Shown: positions 55,560-64,000 of the stretch, one piece after another
How positions within the stretch are numbered: the stretch's first letter is position 1
Layout of the letters: every line of letters begins with the position of its first letter
Assembly (NCBI GenBank): GCA_964627755.1
Contig: CAZVIH010000013.1
Span: 2,148-66,147 of the forward strand
Reading direction: 5' to 3'
DNA from: an uncultured Anaerolineales bacterium
GTDB lineage: Bacteria; Chloroflexota; Anaerolineae; Anaerolineales; UBA11858
Length of the DNA stretch: 64,000 bases
Program-made: the position numbers and the translations under genes
Notes under the pieces: model-generated
What the model saw: only the letters and a program-made list of their open reading frames with translations
Databases searched by the model: none
What the model was told of the DNA's origin: nothing

Positions 55560-57665
55560 TTATTCTATCCGGACCCGAACATCCACTGCGGCAGCGCCTT
55601 TCCCGGCTGGGAAAATACGCAGGGGATTGATCTCGATTTCTGCGAATTGGGGAAAATCATAAGCAAGCTGAGCCAGGCGGATCATCACATCCCGCAACGT
55701 TTTAATATCAGCAGGCGGGATATTCCTGTACCCTTTCAGTTTGCGTCCGGCCCAGGTTGTCTCAAGCATGGTATCGATTTCCAGCTCAGTTAATGGCGCC
55801 AGGCCGAAGGATAGATCTTTTAATCCTTCAACTTCTGTACCCCCTGAACCAAACATCACTATTGGGCCAAATTGGGGATCCTGGACAACACCCAGGATCA
55901 CTTCCTGACCCAGGGGAACCATTTCCTGGACATATACTCCGGTGATTCGGGCATCAGGCAGGGCTGCCTTCGCCTGGTTGGTGATAGTCTGGTAACCGCC
56001 CCTGACAGATTTTTCATCCGCCAGATTCAGCAAAACCCCACCCACGTCTGTTTTATGGCTGATATCAGGAGAGGCGATCTTAAGAACAACTGGCATTCCA
56101 ATTTCAGCGGCCAGGGCAGCAGCCTCTTCCTCGTCCTTTGCCAGAGTCATTTTTGCTGTGGGAATTCCGTAAGCTTCCATTATCCGGGCGATCACTGGTC
56201 CGGTAAGGTGGTGATCCCGGTTATTATCTTTGATCAGTTCCTGGACCAGATCTGTCTGGATATCCTCGCGAGTGACAGGTTCAGCAGAAGCATATTCGAG
56301 CAGTTTGACCCTTGTTACCAGGGCGGCTAGCGCGGCTGCCCCGCGTTCCGGAAAACGATATTCCGGTATCCGGGCGGCTCGCAGGTGTTCCACCGCTTCC
56401 TGGATAAGTCGATCTCCCATGACTATAACTACCACTGGCTTATGGGCTTGGTGAATGATGGGGATCAAAGCTTTGGCAACAGCACCTGCTGAGTGCATGG
56501 GCGGTGTGGGATAGATCACCATTACGCTATCTGTTCCAGGGTCAGCCAGCAGAACTCTCAAACATTCCGCAAATTGGATAGGACCCGCAGAAGCCAGCAT
56601 ATCCACTGGATTATGTATACTGGCAGCCGGAGGAAGTATTTTCTCCAGACCGGAGATGGTTTCCGAGCTGAAATTTGCCATTTCCAACCCTCTGATTTCA
56701 AGGGCATCGGCAGCGGTCACACCAGGACCGCCGGCATTTGTAAGTACAGCTACACGATTGCCTTCCGGAAGAGGACACCAGGCCAGAGCCCTGGCCTGGT
56801 CGAACATCTCCTCACTGGTCTCTGCCCGCAGCACACCCGCCCGGCGGAAGACAGCGTTATAGGCGCTTTCTTCGCCGGATAAAGCGCCGGTATGGGAGGC
56901 AGCTGCCCTATGACCGGCCGCGAACCTCCCGACTTTGAGGGCAATAATCGGCGTTTTTGGGACAACAGCACGGGCTTCATGAACAAACCGCCGGCCAGAT
57001 TTGATCCCTTCTAGATAGAGGGCTATCACATCGGTGTGACCATCAGCTGCTGTAGGAGCCAATAAATCAGTTTCTGTAACATCGGCTTGGTTTCCCAGAC
57101 TGATCAATTTGGAAATACCATAACCTTGACCGCGGGCCCAATCAATAGCAGCTGCGCAGATAGCGCCCGAATGGGATAGAAATGCCACATCTCCAGGATT
57201 AGGACCTGGAGGAGGGAGAAAGGTAGTGTCCAGCGGTAAGTGTGTATCCAGCAAACCGATACAGTTCGGGCCAAGCAGTCGGATGCCCTCTTCTTTGGCG
57301 GTCTGGAGCATTTCCTGTTCTAGCGCCAGCCCTTCAGCCCCAATCTCCCTGAAACCCCCAGCGCCAATAATGGCTGCTTTGATGCCGCGTTTTCCGCATT
57401 CTCGCAGGGTCGGGATGACGTATTTGGAAGGGATCAGGACCGCAGCCAAGTCTACTGGATCTGGCACATCCAAAACTGATTTATAAATAGTCCTTCCAAG
57501 CAATGAGCCGCCTTTCAGGTTCACAAAATGAATAGCGCCTTTGTAACCGCTTCTATTCAGATTGGTTGCCAGAAGGTAGCCCAACTTGGTTGGATCTTGG
57601 GAGGCGCCAATCACTACAACGCCCTTAGGATCAAAAAAGGAGGTCAGAGAGGTTGAGTCTGTCAT
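55560..57665 (-). CDS. ADP-forming acetyl/acyl-CoA synthetase (fused alpha-beta, NDP-forming)
   Basis: N-terminal CoA-binding domain (VVVIGAS..P.K.G), a succinyl-CoA-synthetase-like ligase domain with the SHSGA region (catalytic His), and a C-terminal ATP-grasp domain. 701 aa. Confidence 0.8.
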   Translation of the reverse strand: MTDSTSLTSFFDPKGVVVIGASQDPTKLGYLLATNLNRSGYKGAIHFVNLKGGSLLGRTIYKSVLDVPDPVDLAAVLIPSKYVIPTLRECGKRGIKAAIIGAGGFREIGAEGLALEQEMLQTAKEEGIRLLGPNCIGLLDTHLPLDTTFLPPPGPNPGDVAFLSHSGAICAAAIDWARGQGYGISKLISLGNQADVTETDLLAPTAADGHTDVIALYLEGIKSGRRFVHEARAVVPKTPIIALKVGRFAAGHRAAASHTGALSGEESAYNAVFRRAGVLRAETSEEMFDQARALAWCPLPEGNRVAVLTNAGGPGVTAADALEIRGLEMANFSSETISGLEKILPPAASIHNPVDMLASAGPIQFAECLRVLLADPGTDSVMVIYPTPPMHSAGAVAKALIPIIHQAHKPVVVIVMGDRLIQEAVEHLRAARIPEYRFPERGAAALAALVTRVKLLEYASAEPVTREDIQTDLVQELIKDNNRDHHLTGPVIARIMEAYGIPTAKMTLAKDEEEAAALAAEIGMPVVLKIASPDISHKTDVGGVLLNLADEKSVRGGYQTITNQAKAALPDARITGVYVQEMVPLGQEVILGVVQDPQFGPIVMFGSGGTEVEGLKDLSFGLAPLTELEIDTMLETTWAGRKLKGYRNIPPADIKTLRDVMIRLAQLAYDFPQFAEIEINPLRIFPAGKGAAAVDVRVRIE

Positions 57666-57688
57666 AGTACAGATTGTAACCTATAGAA

Positions 57689-57712
57689 ATCCCCCGGTTA
57701 AATCCGGGGGAT
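57689..57712 (-). terminator. Terminator after the HD-GYP cassette
   Basis: ATCCCCCGG-6 nt-CCGGGGGAT, followed on the minus strand by TTCTATAGG. It lies between the cassette and the acyl-CoA synthetase start. Confidence 0.5.
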
Positions 57713-57750
57713 AAATTTAGTTTGAATTTGGTTGAAAAAGGTCGGGTTGT

Positions 57751-60210
57751 TTATTCAGTGATAGTTTTACAAAAGACATCAACAATTTTAGGGTCAAACT
57801 GGGTTCCGCTAGATCGGCGCAGTTCGGCAATGGCTTCTTCATGGGTATGCGCTTCGGTGTATACGCGTTTATCCCTGATGGCTACGTATGCATCCACTAC
57901 AGCAAGGATCCGGGAACCAAGCGGTATATCATTCCCGGCTAATCCGAATGGATAACCAGTACCATCAAATTTTTCATGATGGGCCTGAATGATAGGTGAA
58001 ACAGGGGCCAGGTATTTTATGGGGGCAACAATTTGAGCCCCGATGACAGGATGCTCTTTCATGACGACCCATTCTTTTTTAGTGAGCGGTCCCTTTTTAT
58101 TCAGAATATGATCAGGGACGCCAATTTTGCCGATATCGTGTAAAATTCCAGCCCAATGTAGGATTTCAACATCCTGGGGAGTGAGTCCCATTTCTATTCC
58201 AATCCGGGATGCCATATCAGCCATTCTCTGGCTGTGGTCGCCGGTGTAACTGTCCCGGGCATCCATGGCGTTAGCGAGTGAGATAACAGTTTGCAGGAAG
58301 TTTTCCTCCAATTTATTATGCAACATCGCTCGTTGAATGGAACTTGAGGCATAGTCTGCTATAGCATTAATCAATCTGAGTTGAGATGGTGTAAATGGAG
58401 ATGCTTCACTACTATGGAATTCTCCAAGAATGAGGAGACCAATCTTGCCATCAGCACCTATTAACGGGCAAATACATAAAGTCCTGGCAAAATTAATAAA
58501 TAAGGCTTGTTTTTCCTCATCTCGCCAGTCTGGCTCGTTAATATCTAATACAACAATATTTTCATCATCAAGTACCGTATCATAGAAATATTCAGCGACT
58601 ATTGGTTCAACCCTTCCATATCGTAGTGGATCCGCAAGATTTTTAATTGGATATATTGCCCGACAATAATAATCTCCGTTTTCCTCTTTTATTAATATCC
58701 TGGAATATGTAACCTGAACATTTTCAACAACATGTTTGGTAACTATGTTTAATAAGGTATCCAGATCATCTGTACCAACAAGCTGATTGGACAGGTTGTA
58801 TAGTGTATCGATTTCTTTTCGTCTGCTCTGTTCTGCAGTATAAAGACGAGCGTTTTCAATTGCAGCAGCCGTTTGATTTGCGACCGTTGAGAGGGTTATT
58901 ATTTCTTCAGGGTTGTACGGTTGTTCAGAGCGTTTGAGCCCCAAAATAAATATTCCAACTAATTGAGATTGCACTTTGATGGGAATGAATAATTCTGCTT
59001 CCATGTCAATCAAGAGTTGTCTTTCGCTTTTCCAGAGAGATTGAAATTGGGGAAGGAGTTCCATATCTTGTCTGGTGAGGGGATGATTTTGATTGAAAAA
59101 CCAAAGAACCAGGGGGTGACCTTGCCTGAATGATTGGTTTCCAAGATCATCTAATCCGATCTGTGTTGTCAGTTGGAATACTCCGGTATCTTCATCCCTG
59201 AAAAAAAAGGCAGCCCTGGGAAGGTGTAAGGTGGTCCCGACTTCAGATAAAATCATGTTCGTGATTTTATAAAGATCCAACGTAGATGTAGCCTGACTGC
59301 TTAATGTCTGAAGCATGATCCGGGAATCATATTTTTCCCGAAAGAACATTCTGTCTATCCGGGATTGAGCTTGAAAGCGGAGGGGTTCAACTACCAGAGC
59401 TGATAAAACAGCGACCAAAAGAGATAAGATAAAAATCTCTGATCCAGTGTAGAAATCAAGGATCCTGATAGCCAGTGTAATGACCAGGAAATAAGTGGCA
59501 CCAATAAGAATTGTGGGTATTGAGTAAAGCAAGCCTTGACGTATGACAACGCGGATATCCAGCAGCTGGTACCTTAAGATTGCGTAAACAATTATTAGGG
59601 CAGTTACCGTATTGGCTACGATGTCAACTGGATATCCCCCAAGGGGGGGGTAAATTATATTGATACTGGAGCCGATAATCATCACCATGATACCCAGGAT
59701 CAGGTAAATTAGGCGGTTTTGCTGGATTGGATCGCTGGTTTTTTGACGGGTGCGGATGAGGGTGATCAGGCTGATTACAATAATGATAGTTGATGGTGCG
59801 GCGAGAATTGCCCATGTTGCGGCGAGAGAATAGATAATATACCCTTCAATTACTGAGACAGACTCAGTGAAGAGGTTTGTAAATAGTGTGAGTCCTATCA
59901 CAATCACAATAAGGATAAGAGCCAGAGTGCCCCACCAGTTTTTTACCTTGATTGTAGCCCTGGCGAATATGTAAATGCTCAAACTGGCAAAAAATCCGGC
60001 GCTGGTCATCATACGGAACCAGAATAAAGCCCTGGTTTGATCTGTATATAACAAGAATGCAGCAAATGACCAGAGGGCCATAGCCAGCAGGTACCACCGG
60101 AAACCATGCTTTATCTCAGTCTGGGGTTTTGAGACAGCAACAACAATATACAGACCTGTATACAACAGGAAAGCCGCGCCAGAAATAACTGTAACAATAG
60201 TCAGAACCAT
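57751..60210 (-). CDS. Membrane-bound 7TM - GAF - GAF - HD-GYP phosphodiesterase
   Basis: About 8 N-terminal TM helices of the sensor-kinase 7TM type (repeated ..LRYQLLDI.. pattern) and two GAF-like modules. The HD-GYP domain is intact: GDHSQRM, ILHDIGKIGVPD and HHEKFDGTGYP. Confidence 0.85.
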   Translation of the reverse strand: MVLTIVTVISGAAFLLYTGLYIVVAVSKPQTEIKHGFRWYLLAMALWSFAAFLLYTDQTRALFWFRMMTSAGFFASLSIYIFARATIKVKNWWGTLALILIVIVIGLTLFTNLFTESVSVIEGYIIYSLAATWAILAAPSTIIIVISLITLIRTRQKTSDPIQQNRLIYLILGIMVMIIGSSINIIYPPLGGYPVDIVANTVTALIIVYAILRYQLLDIRVVIRQGLLYSIPTILIGATYFLVITLAIRILDFYTGSEIFILSLLVAVLSALVVEPLRFQAQSRIDRMFFREKYDSRIMLQTLSSQATSTLDLYKITNMILSEVGTTLHLPRAAFFFRDEDTGVFQLTTQIGLDDLGNQSFRQGHPLVLWFFNQNHPLTRQDMELLPQFQSLWKSERQLLIDMEAELFIPIKVQSQLVGIFILGLKRSEQPYNPEEIITLSTVANQTAAAIENARLYTAEQSRRKEIDTLYNLSNQLVGTDDLDTLLNIVTKHVVENVQVTYSRILIKEENGDYYCRAIYPIKNLADPLRYGRVEPIVAEYFYDTVLDDENIVVLDINEPDWRDEEKQALFINFARTLCICPLIGADGKIGLLILGEFHSSEASPFTPSQLRLINAIADYASSSIQRAMLHNKLEENFLQTVISLANAMDARDSYTGDHSQRMADMASRIGIEMGLTPQDVEILHWAGILHDIGKIGVPDHILNKKGPLTKKEWVVMKEHPVIGAQIVAPIKYLAPVSPIIQAHHEKFDGTGYPFGLAGNDIPLGSRILAVVDAYVAIRDKRVYTEAHTHEEAIAELRRSSGTQFDPKIVDVFCKTITE

Positions 60211-60211
60211 A

Positions 60212-61819
60212 CTAACCTTTTACTTTTTTATCTCCCAGCAGCTTTTTCATCTGATCCTGGGTAGGTTTCATGTGGGGCGGTTTGGTATGTGCCAGATCAG
60301 CACCCTGACTTTGCTGGTAATCCATATACATCCCAAAAGCTCCCGGATTAAGCATCGATATTGAAATTGCCGTATAACCAAGCATCTTTTCTAGATCGTC
60401 ATAATCAGAATTGATTTCCCTTAAGGCAGCGCTGATTTGGGCTTCAACTTTCTCTGTGTTCAGATCGGATACTGATTTTAGCTCAATGAAGAGCCGCAAA
60501 TATGTTTTATTGTTTTTAATCTCTTTTCGGGCAACCCATTCGTAGTAATCAAGGTCAGTTTTTTCCAGAGCTTGCCAAATATCTTTTTCTGTGATCAATG
60601 CAAATCCTGCGATATTTATGATATCGCTATCTCTGGAGTAGAACTGTACTTGAGGGAGGTCAATATCCAACTCGTCGTCTCTAAGTGAAATTACCTCAAA
60701 AAGATCGCCAATCCGGTAGCGTGTAAAGATACCACCATGGAAATTGGTGAATACCAATTCATAAACCCCAAGCTCTAATTCGTTATATAGGACAGTTTTT
60801 GGTTGATAGTCCGGATCCACTTTGTTTTTATTATGTTCCTCATGGGGAATAAATTCCAGGAAGTTGTTTTCACAAAAGAATGACATTCCCGCGTAATTCC
60901 AGGCTTGCATACACATCGATCCACCTTCAGTGCAAGCGTACCCTTCCAGCGGCTTTTTACCCCAATAGTATTCAATTTGCTTTTTATAAATGGAAGCATC
61001 TACTCCGCCAGTCATAATACCTTTCAATTTCCAGACATCTTTTGGTAGAACTTTTCCACCCTTAATTTTTGCAGTAGCGTAACCTTTCAGCAATCTCCAA
61101 AGCACGTCTGGCCGGAGCATTTTAGCTGTAATTTTTACTGAACCGGAGCCTTTTTCAAATTGTTCTCCAATTCCAACCAATATACTGGCAAGTCCGTAGA
61201 AAAAATCCAAACCTTCAACCATGGCTAACTTAAATCCAGATTGAATACGGTCTCGAAAGCCCATTTCATCTCCTTCCTTGAGTGAAGGAAGGAATCGAAG
61301 TTTCATTTGTCCATCCGCACTTTTGGAAATCTCTCCAGACATATAAGGACTTGGAGCTGTTGCCAAAAGAACAGTATCGTTAGGCTCTAATAAAACCTCG
61401 CCCTTTTTTGTACAAGAAGCTAAGATCATGGAACCGGTAACAGACTCGCCAAGACGGTCAAACATCTTTTGGCTATAAGGAGCCCATTTCCATCTAAAAG
61501 TGCCACTCCTGCCCGAAGTGTGCGCCCAGGCAACCGGTTCACGAGGAAGGACATCGGTTCTTTTTTCATCGAGGAGTTCATGATAATCTTGATATGTTGT
61601 CAGAGGCACATTTTTGCGGAATTCTTCTACACTCTTTGGGATCTTGTCACCCATCAGCATGCGCCCCATCATGCTGCTTCCTAATAGATTGATCTGCTCC
61701 AGGAGGAGCCGTTCCTGAATTTCCATGAATTCATCGATGCTCAAATCAAGAAAACCCAAATACTTCATCCAAATTTCTTTCTGACGTCCTTGTTCGAGTA
61801 AAGTATTAAAATCAGTCAT
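60212..61819 (-). CDS. GH3-like / ANL-superfamily adenylate-forming enzyme
   Basis: Three motifs in GH3 order: TSGRSGTFRWKWAP (P-loop-like), GYACTEGG (YxxxE) and YRIGD. 535 aa. The family call is made by eye, and PaaK/F390-synthetase-like is the alternative. Confidence 0.6.
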   Translation of the reverse strand: MTDFNTLLEQGRQKEIWMKYLGFLDLSIDEFMEIQERLLLEQINLLGSSMMGRMLMGDKIPKSVEEFRKNVPLTTYQDYHELLDEKRTDVLPREPVAWAHTSGRSGTFRWKWAPYSQKMFDRLGESVTGSMILASCTKKGEVLLEPNDTVLLATAPSPYMSGEISKSADGQMKLRFLPSLKEGDEMGFRDRIQSGFKLAMVEGLDFFYGLASILVGIGEQFEKGSGSVKITAKMLRPDVLWRLLKGYATAKIKGGKVLPKDVWKLKGIMTGGVDASIYKKQIEYYWGKKPLEGYACTEGGSMCMQAWNYAGMSFFCENNFLEFIPHEEHNKNKVDPDYQPKTVLYNELELGVYELVFTNFHGGIFTRYRIGDLFEVISLRDDELDIDLPQVQFYSRDSDIINIAGFALITEKDIWQALEKTDLDYYEWVARKEIKNNKTYLRLFIELKSVSDLNTEKVEAQISAALREINSDYDDLEKMLGYTAISISMLNPGAFGMYMDYQQSQGADLAHTKPPHMKPTQDQMKKLLGDKKVKG

Positions 61820-62591
61820 TTTTTCTCCCGTTCCCTTGTGATTGAATTGATAATGGCTCTGGTATCCACTTATATTTTGAAGATAACTTTACTATTTTGA
61901 TACCAACGAATCCTGCATCTTGTAAATCCTCTTCCCAACCCTCGGGTGTCCTTAAATTGCTCATGGCAAGTGCCTCGGCCCAGGCCCGGACGGGATTTTC
62001 TTTCAAAAGAAAATAAATAAAAGCCACCACCCTTGCCAGGCCTTTTATTATTGGTAGTTCCCAGAACGGAGATGTACCCACATCAATGATCGATAATAAA
62101 CCGTCAGGTTTTAATACTCGCTTCATCTCTGAAAGCATGAGTGGGATATCCATGTGATGAGATGCCAAACCGGACACAATGACATCAAAAGATCCGTCGG
62201 CATATGGCAGCGCCATGGCGTCAGCGCAAGTTAAGTTGATCGCTGATTGATTTCCTTCAGCTTCAAGCTGTTTTCTACCTTGCCTGAGCATGGATTCGGT
62301 GATATCGAGTCCCGTAATCTGTATGCCAGGTACTTTTTGTTCAAGTATCTTTTTAGGGATGATCAGGGTGCCGGTTGCGATGTCCAGAATTTTCTGATTT
62401 TCGAGGATGGTCGTCTGACTTACCAACTGTTCCAGGAATTTATGGTAGCTCCAACCCCAGAAGAGGTTGAGTTCTCCATCTACCGCCTCCTCATAGTGCG
62501 AGGATAGTTCAGTGAAAGCTTCCTGGACAGCTTTTTTTTCTTTCATGCTTGTTTGTTTGGCCTTATCCTCTGGGCTGACCAGATTATACAC
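61812..62591 (-). CDS. Class I SAM-dependent methyltransferase (UbiE/Methyltransf_11-like)
   Basis: Motif I ILDIATGT, post-I GLDITESM and motif II/III DVIVSGLASHH ... LKPDGLLSIID. Confidence 0.75.
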   Translation of the reverse strand: MYNLVSPEDKAKQTSMKEKKAVQEAFTELSSHYEEAVDGELNLFWGWSYHKFLEQLVSQTTILENQKILDIATGTLIIPKKILEQKVPGIQITGLDITESMLRQGRKQLEAEGNQSAINLTCADAMALPYADGSFDVIVSGLASHHMDIPLMLSEMKRVLKPDGLLSIIDVGTSPFWELPIIKGLARVVAFIYFLLKENPVRAWAEALAMSNLRTPEGWEEDLQDAGFVGIKIVKLSSKYKWIPEPLSIQSQGNGRKND

Positions 62592-62623
62592 CCAATCAAC
62601 TTGGAAGATAAACTCCGCGATAT

Positions 62624-63391
62624 CTATATATAAAATTTATTTTTATCCACTTCCTCCCTCAGAATCCGCAGCTCTTCAGTGCTGGGTGGAGGGTTTTCTG
62701 TGATCTCATCAGCCACTAAAAGCTCAAAACCTGTGTTCTCCAAAACCTGGGCAACACTTGCCTCGGGCTGAACCGACAACAGTTTCATGCGTTTTTGTTC
62801 CTCGTCATAACCCAGGATCCCCAGAGTGGTCACAACTCTGTAGGGACCGGTTCCGGGGGGCAGTCCGGCTTCTTCTCTGGCACCCGGGCCTGAAAGGTAA
62901 CCGGGAGTAGTGATGAAGTCCACTTTTTCAATGAACCGCAATTTATCATGTTTCATGATCGCGATTGTGCGCCAACAATGAGAGCCAACATCATTGCCGC
63001 CACCGCTGCCTGGCAGGCGGACCTTGGGGTGATCGTGGTCGCCGATCACTGTTGAGTTCAAATTGCCATAAGGATCGATCTGGGCCCCACCTAAAAAACC
63101 ATAATCCACAAAACCTCGTTGGGCGGTTTCTACAATATCCAGGATCCCGGAAGCAGCCAGGGCTTTATGGAAGGTTCTCCGTTCGCCTACAGCGAGCGGA
63201 AGTTCTTCCAGGATAGCTCCTGTTCCTCCAAACTCAAAAATGCTAATTAAATTAGGAGCGTGCATTTTTTGTGCCAGAGCACCGGCCAGCATGGGGATTC
63301 CTGTACCAATAAATACAGTTGAATTGTCCTCCATTAACCTTGATGCCGAGCAGATCATTAACTCATTAAGATTGTAATTGGGTTCAGTCAT
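62624..63391 (-). CDS. CoA-transferase subunit B (glutaconate/3-oxoacid CoA-transferase family)
   Basis: FIGTGIPMLAGALA, SIFEFGG (catalytic Glu region) and LPGSGGGND. It overlaps the subunit A stop by 4 nt. Confidence 0.75.
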   Translation of the reverse strand: MTEPNYNLNELMICSASRLMEDNSTVFIGTGIPMLAGALAQKMHAPNLISIFEFGGTGAILEELPLAVGERRTFHKALAASGILDIVETAQRGFVDYGFLGGAQIDPYGNLNSTVIGDHDHPKVRLPGSGGGNDVGSHCWRTIAIMKHDKLRFIEKVDFITTPGYLSGPGAREEAGLPPGTGPYRVVTTLGILGYDEEQKRMKLLSVQPEASVAQVLENTGFELLVADEITENPPPSTEELRILREEVDKNKFYI

Positions 63392-64000
63392 TGGAAATCC
63401 TCCGGCACCATATCCTGTAATTCCTGCAGCCGCTGGCTGCCGACCAGATCCAGATAAGCCTGGTGATCTTTCAGATCATAGATATATTTCTGGAGATAGG
63501 CCTGGGTTGTTTCTGGATCCTTGGACGCCTCCACCCAGGCTTTGATCTGGGGTTCGTCCCGCTCATAAACGTAACACATCTCGCCTGGATGCGACCCGAA
63601 GGGGGCTTCGACCACTGCATCTACCAGATAGTAGGGAATGATGGTCCGATCGGGCTGGCTGCGGATCTCTTCCGTGGAAATGATTTCCTCGGTGCTGATC
63701 AGCAGACGTTTGGATGCCCGGGCCATCTCAAAGGCAAACCCGCTGATCCCATCGATCTGGCAGTTGCCATATATATCTGCCCGGTGGACGTGAATTAATC
63801 CCACATCCAGGATCAATGCCGGCAGCAAGGCGATGGGATCGCCAGTAAAGGGATCCTCGACCACTTTGGCTGCACTGTATTTCAGTGTATCTGTTCCCAA
63901 CATGGATCTGGTGGGCAAAAAGGGCACGCCCATAGCGGCGGCTTTAAAACGCCAGGCAATGGCAGCATTGCTCCATTCCACACAGTGTTCTACCCGTCCG
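63388..64000 (-). CDS. CoA-transferase subunit A, C-terminal part (5' end outside the window)
   Basis: The frame stays open to the window edge (GRVEHCVEWSNAAIAWRFKAAAMGVPFLPTRS...). The pattern is typical of GctA-like alpha subunits. Confidence 0.7.
   Translation of the reverse strand, partial: GRVEHCVEWSNAAIAWRFKAAAMGVPFLPTRSMLGTDTLKYSAAKVVEDPFTGDPIALLPALILDVGLIHVHRADIYGNCQIDGISGFAFEMARASKRLLISTEEIISTEEIRSQPDRTIIPYYLVDAVVEAPFGSHPGEMCYVYERDEPQIKAWVEASKDPETTQAYLQKYIYDLKDHQAYLDLVGSQRLQELQDMVPEDFQ

Overview
This is a 64-kb chromosomal segment with about 50 protein genes, one three-gene tRNA operon, and no rRNA. I found no CRISPR array and no recognisable transposase, integrase or phage gene. 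The gene content suggests a Chloroflexota/Anaerolineae-like bacterium: PD40 beta-propeller proteins, an ADP-forming acyl-CoA synthetase and many PAS/GAF signalling proteins. That taxonomic call is only a guess from protein character.

Most of the window is housekeeping:
- Transport: a metal ABC importer, an ABC exporter and an MFS transporter.
- Peptidases: M29, M20, M23 and M1 families.
- DNA and RNA functions: queG, a dus-type tRNA-dihydrouridine synthase, radA, rnhA and uvrA.

Four blocks deserve attention:
1. At 57.7-62.6 kb there is a compositionally distinct (low-GC), translationally coupled cassette. It encodes a SAM-methyltransferase, a GH3-like adenylating enzyme and a 7TM-GAF-GAF-HD-GYP protein. 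It sits between CoA-transferase genes and an ADP-forming acyl-CoA synthetase gene. This is my best candidate for an undescribed small-molecule / cyclic-dinucleotide module.
2. At 33.6-50.2 kb there is a 16.5-kb signalling island. It contains an 1801-aa histidine kinase with 10 PAS domains and a 1393-aa REC-GGDEF-REC-PAS2-GAF3-HD-GYP protein in which both the c-di-GMP synthesis and hydrolysis motifs are intact. It also contains five further receiver domains and an 869-bp ORF-free gap.
3. At 17.7-20.0 kb there is an orphan CooC-CooC-DUF3786 trio with no CODH/ACS or other Ni-enzyme gene nearby.
4. At 5.2-9.3 kb there is a pair of Cys-rich, Ig-domain envelope proteins of unknown function.

All family assignments come from motifs read by eye. 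No database search was run.
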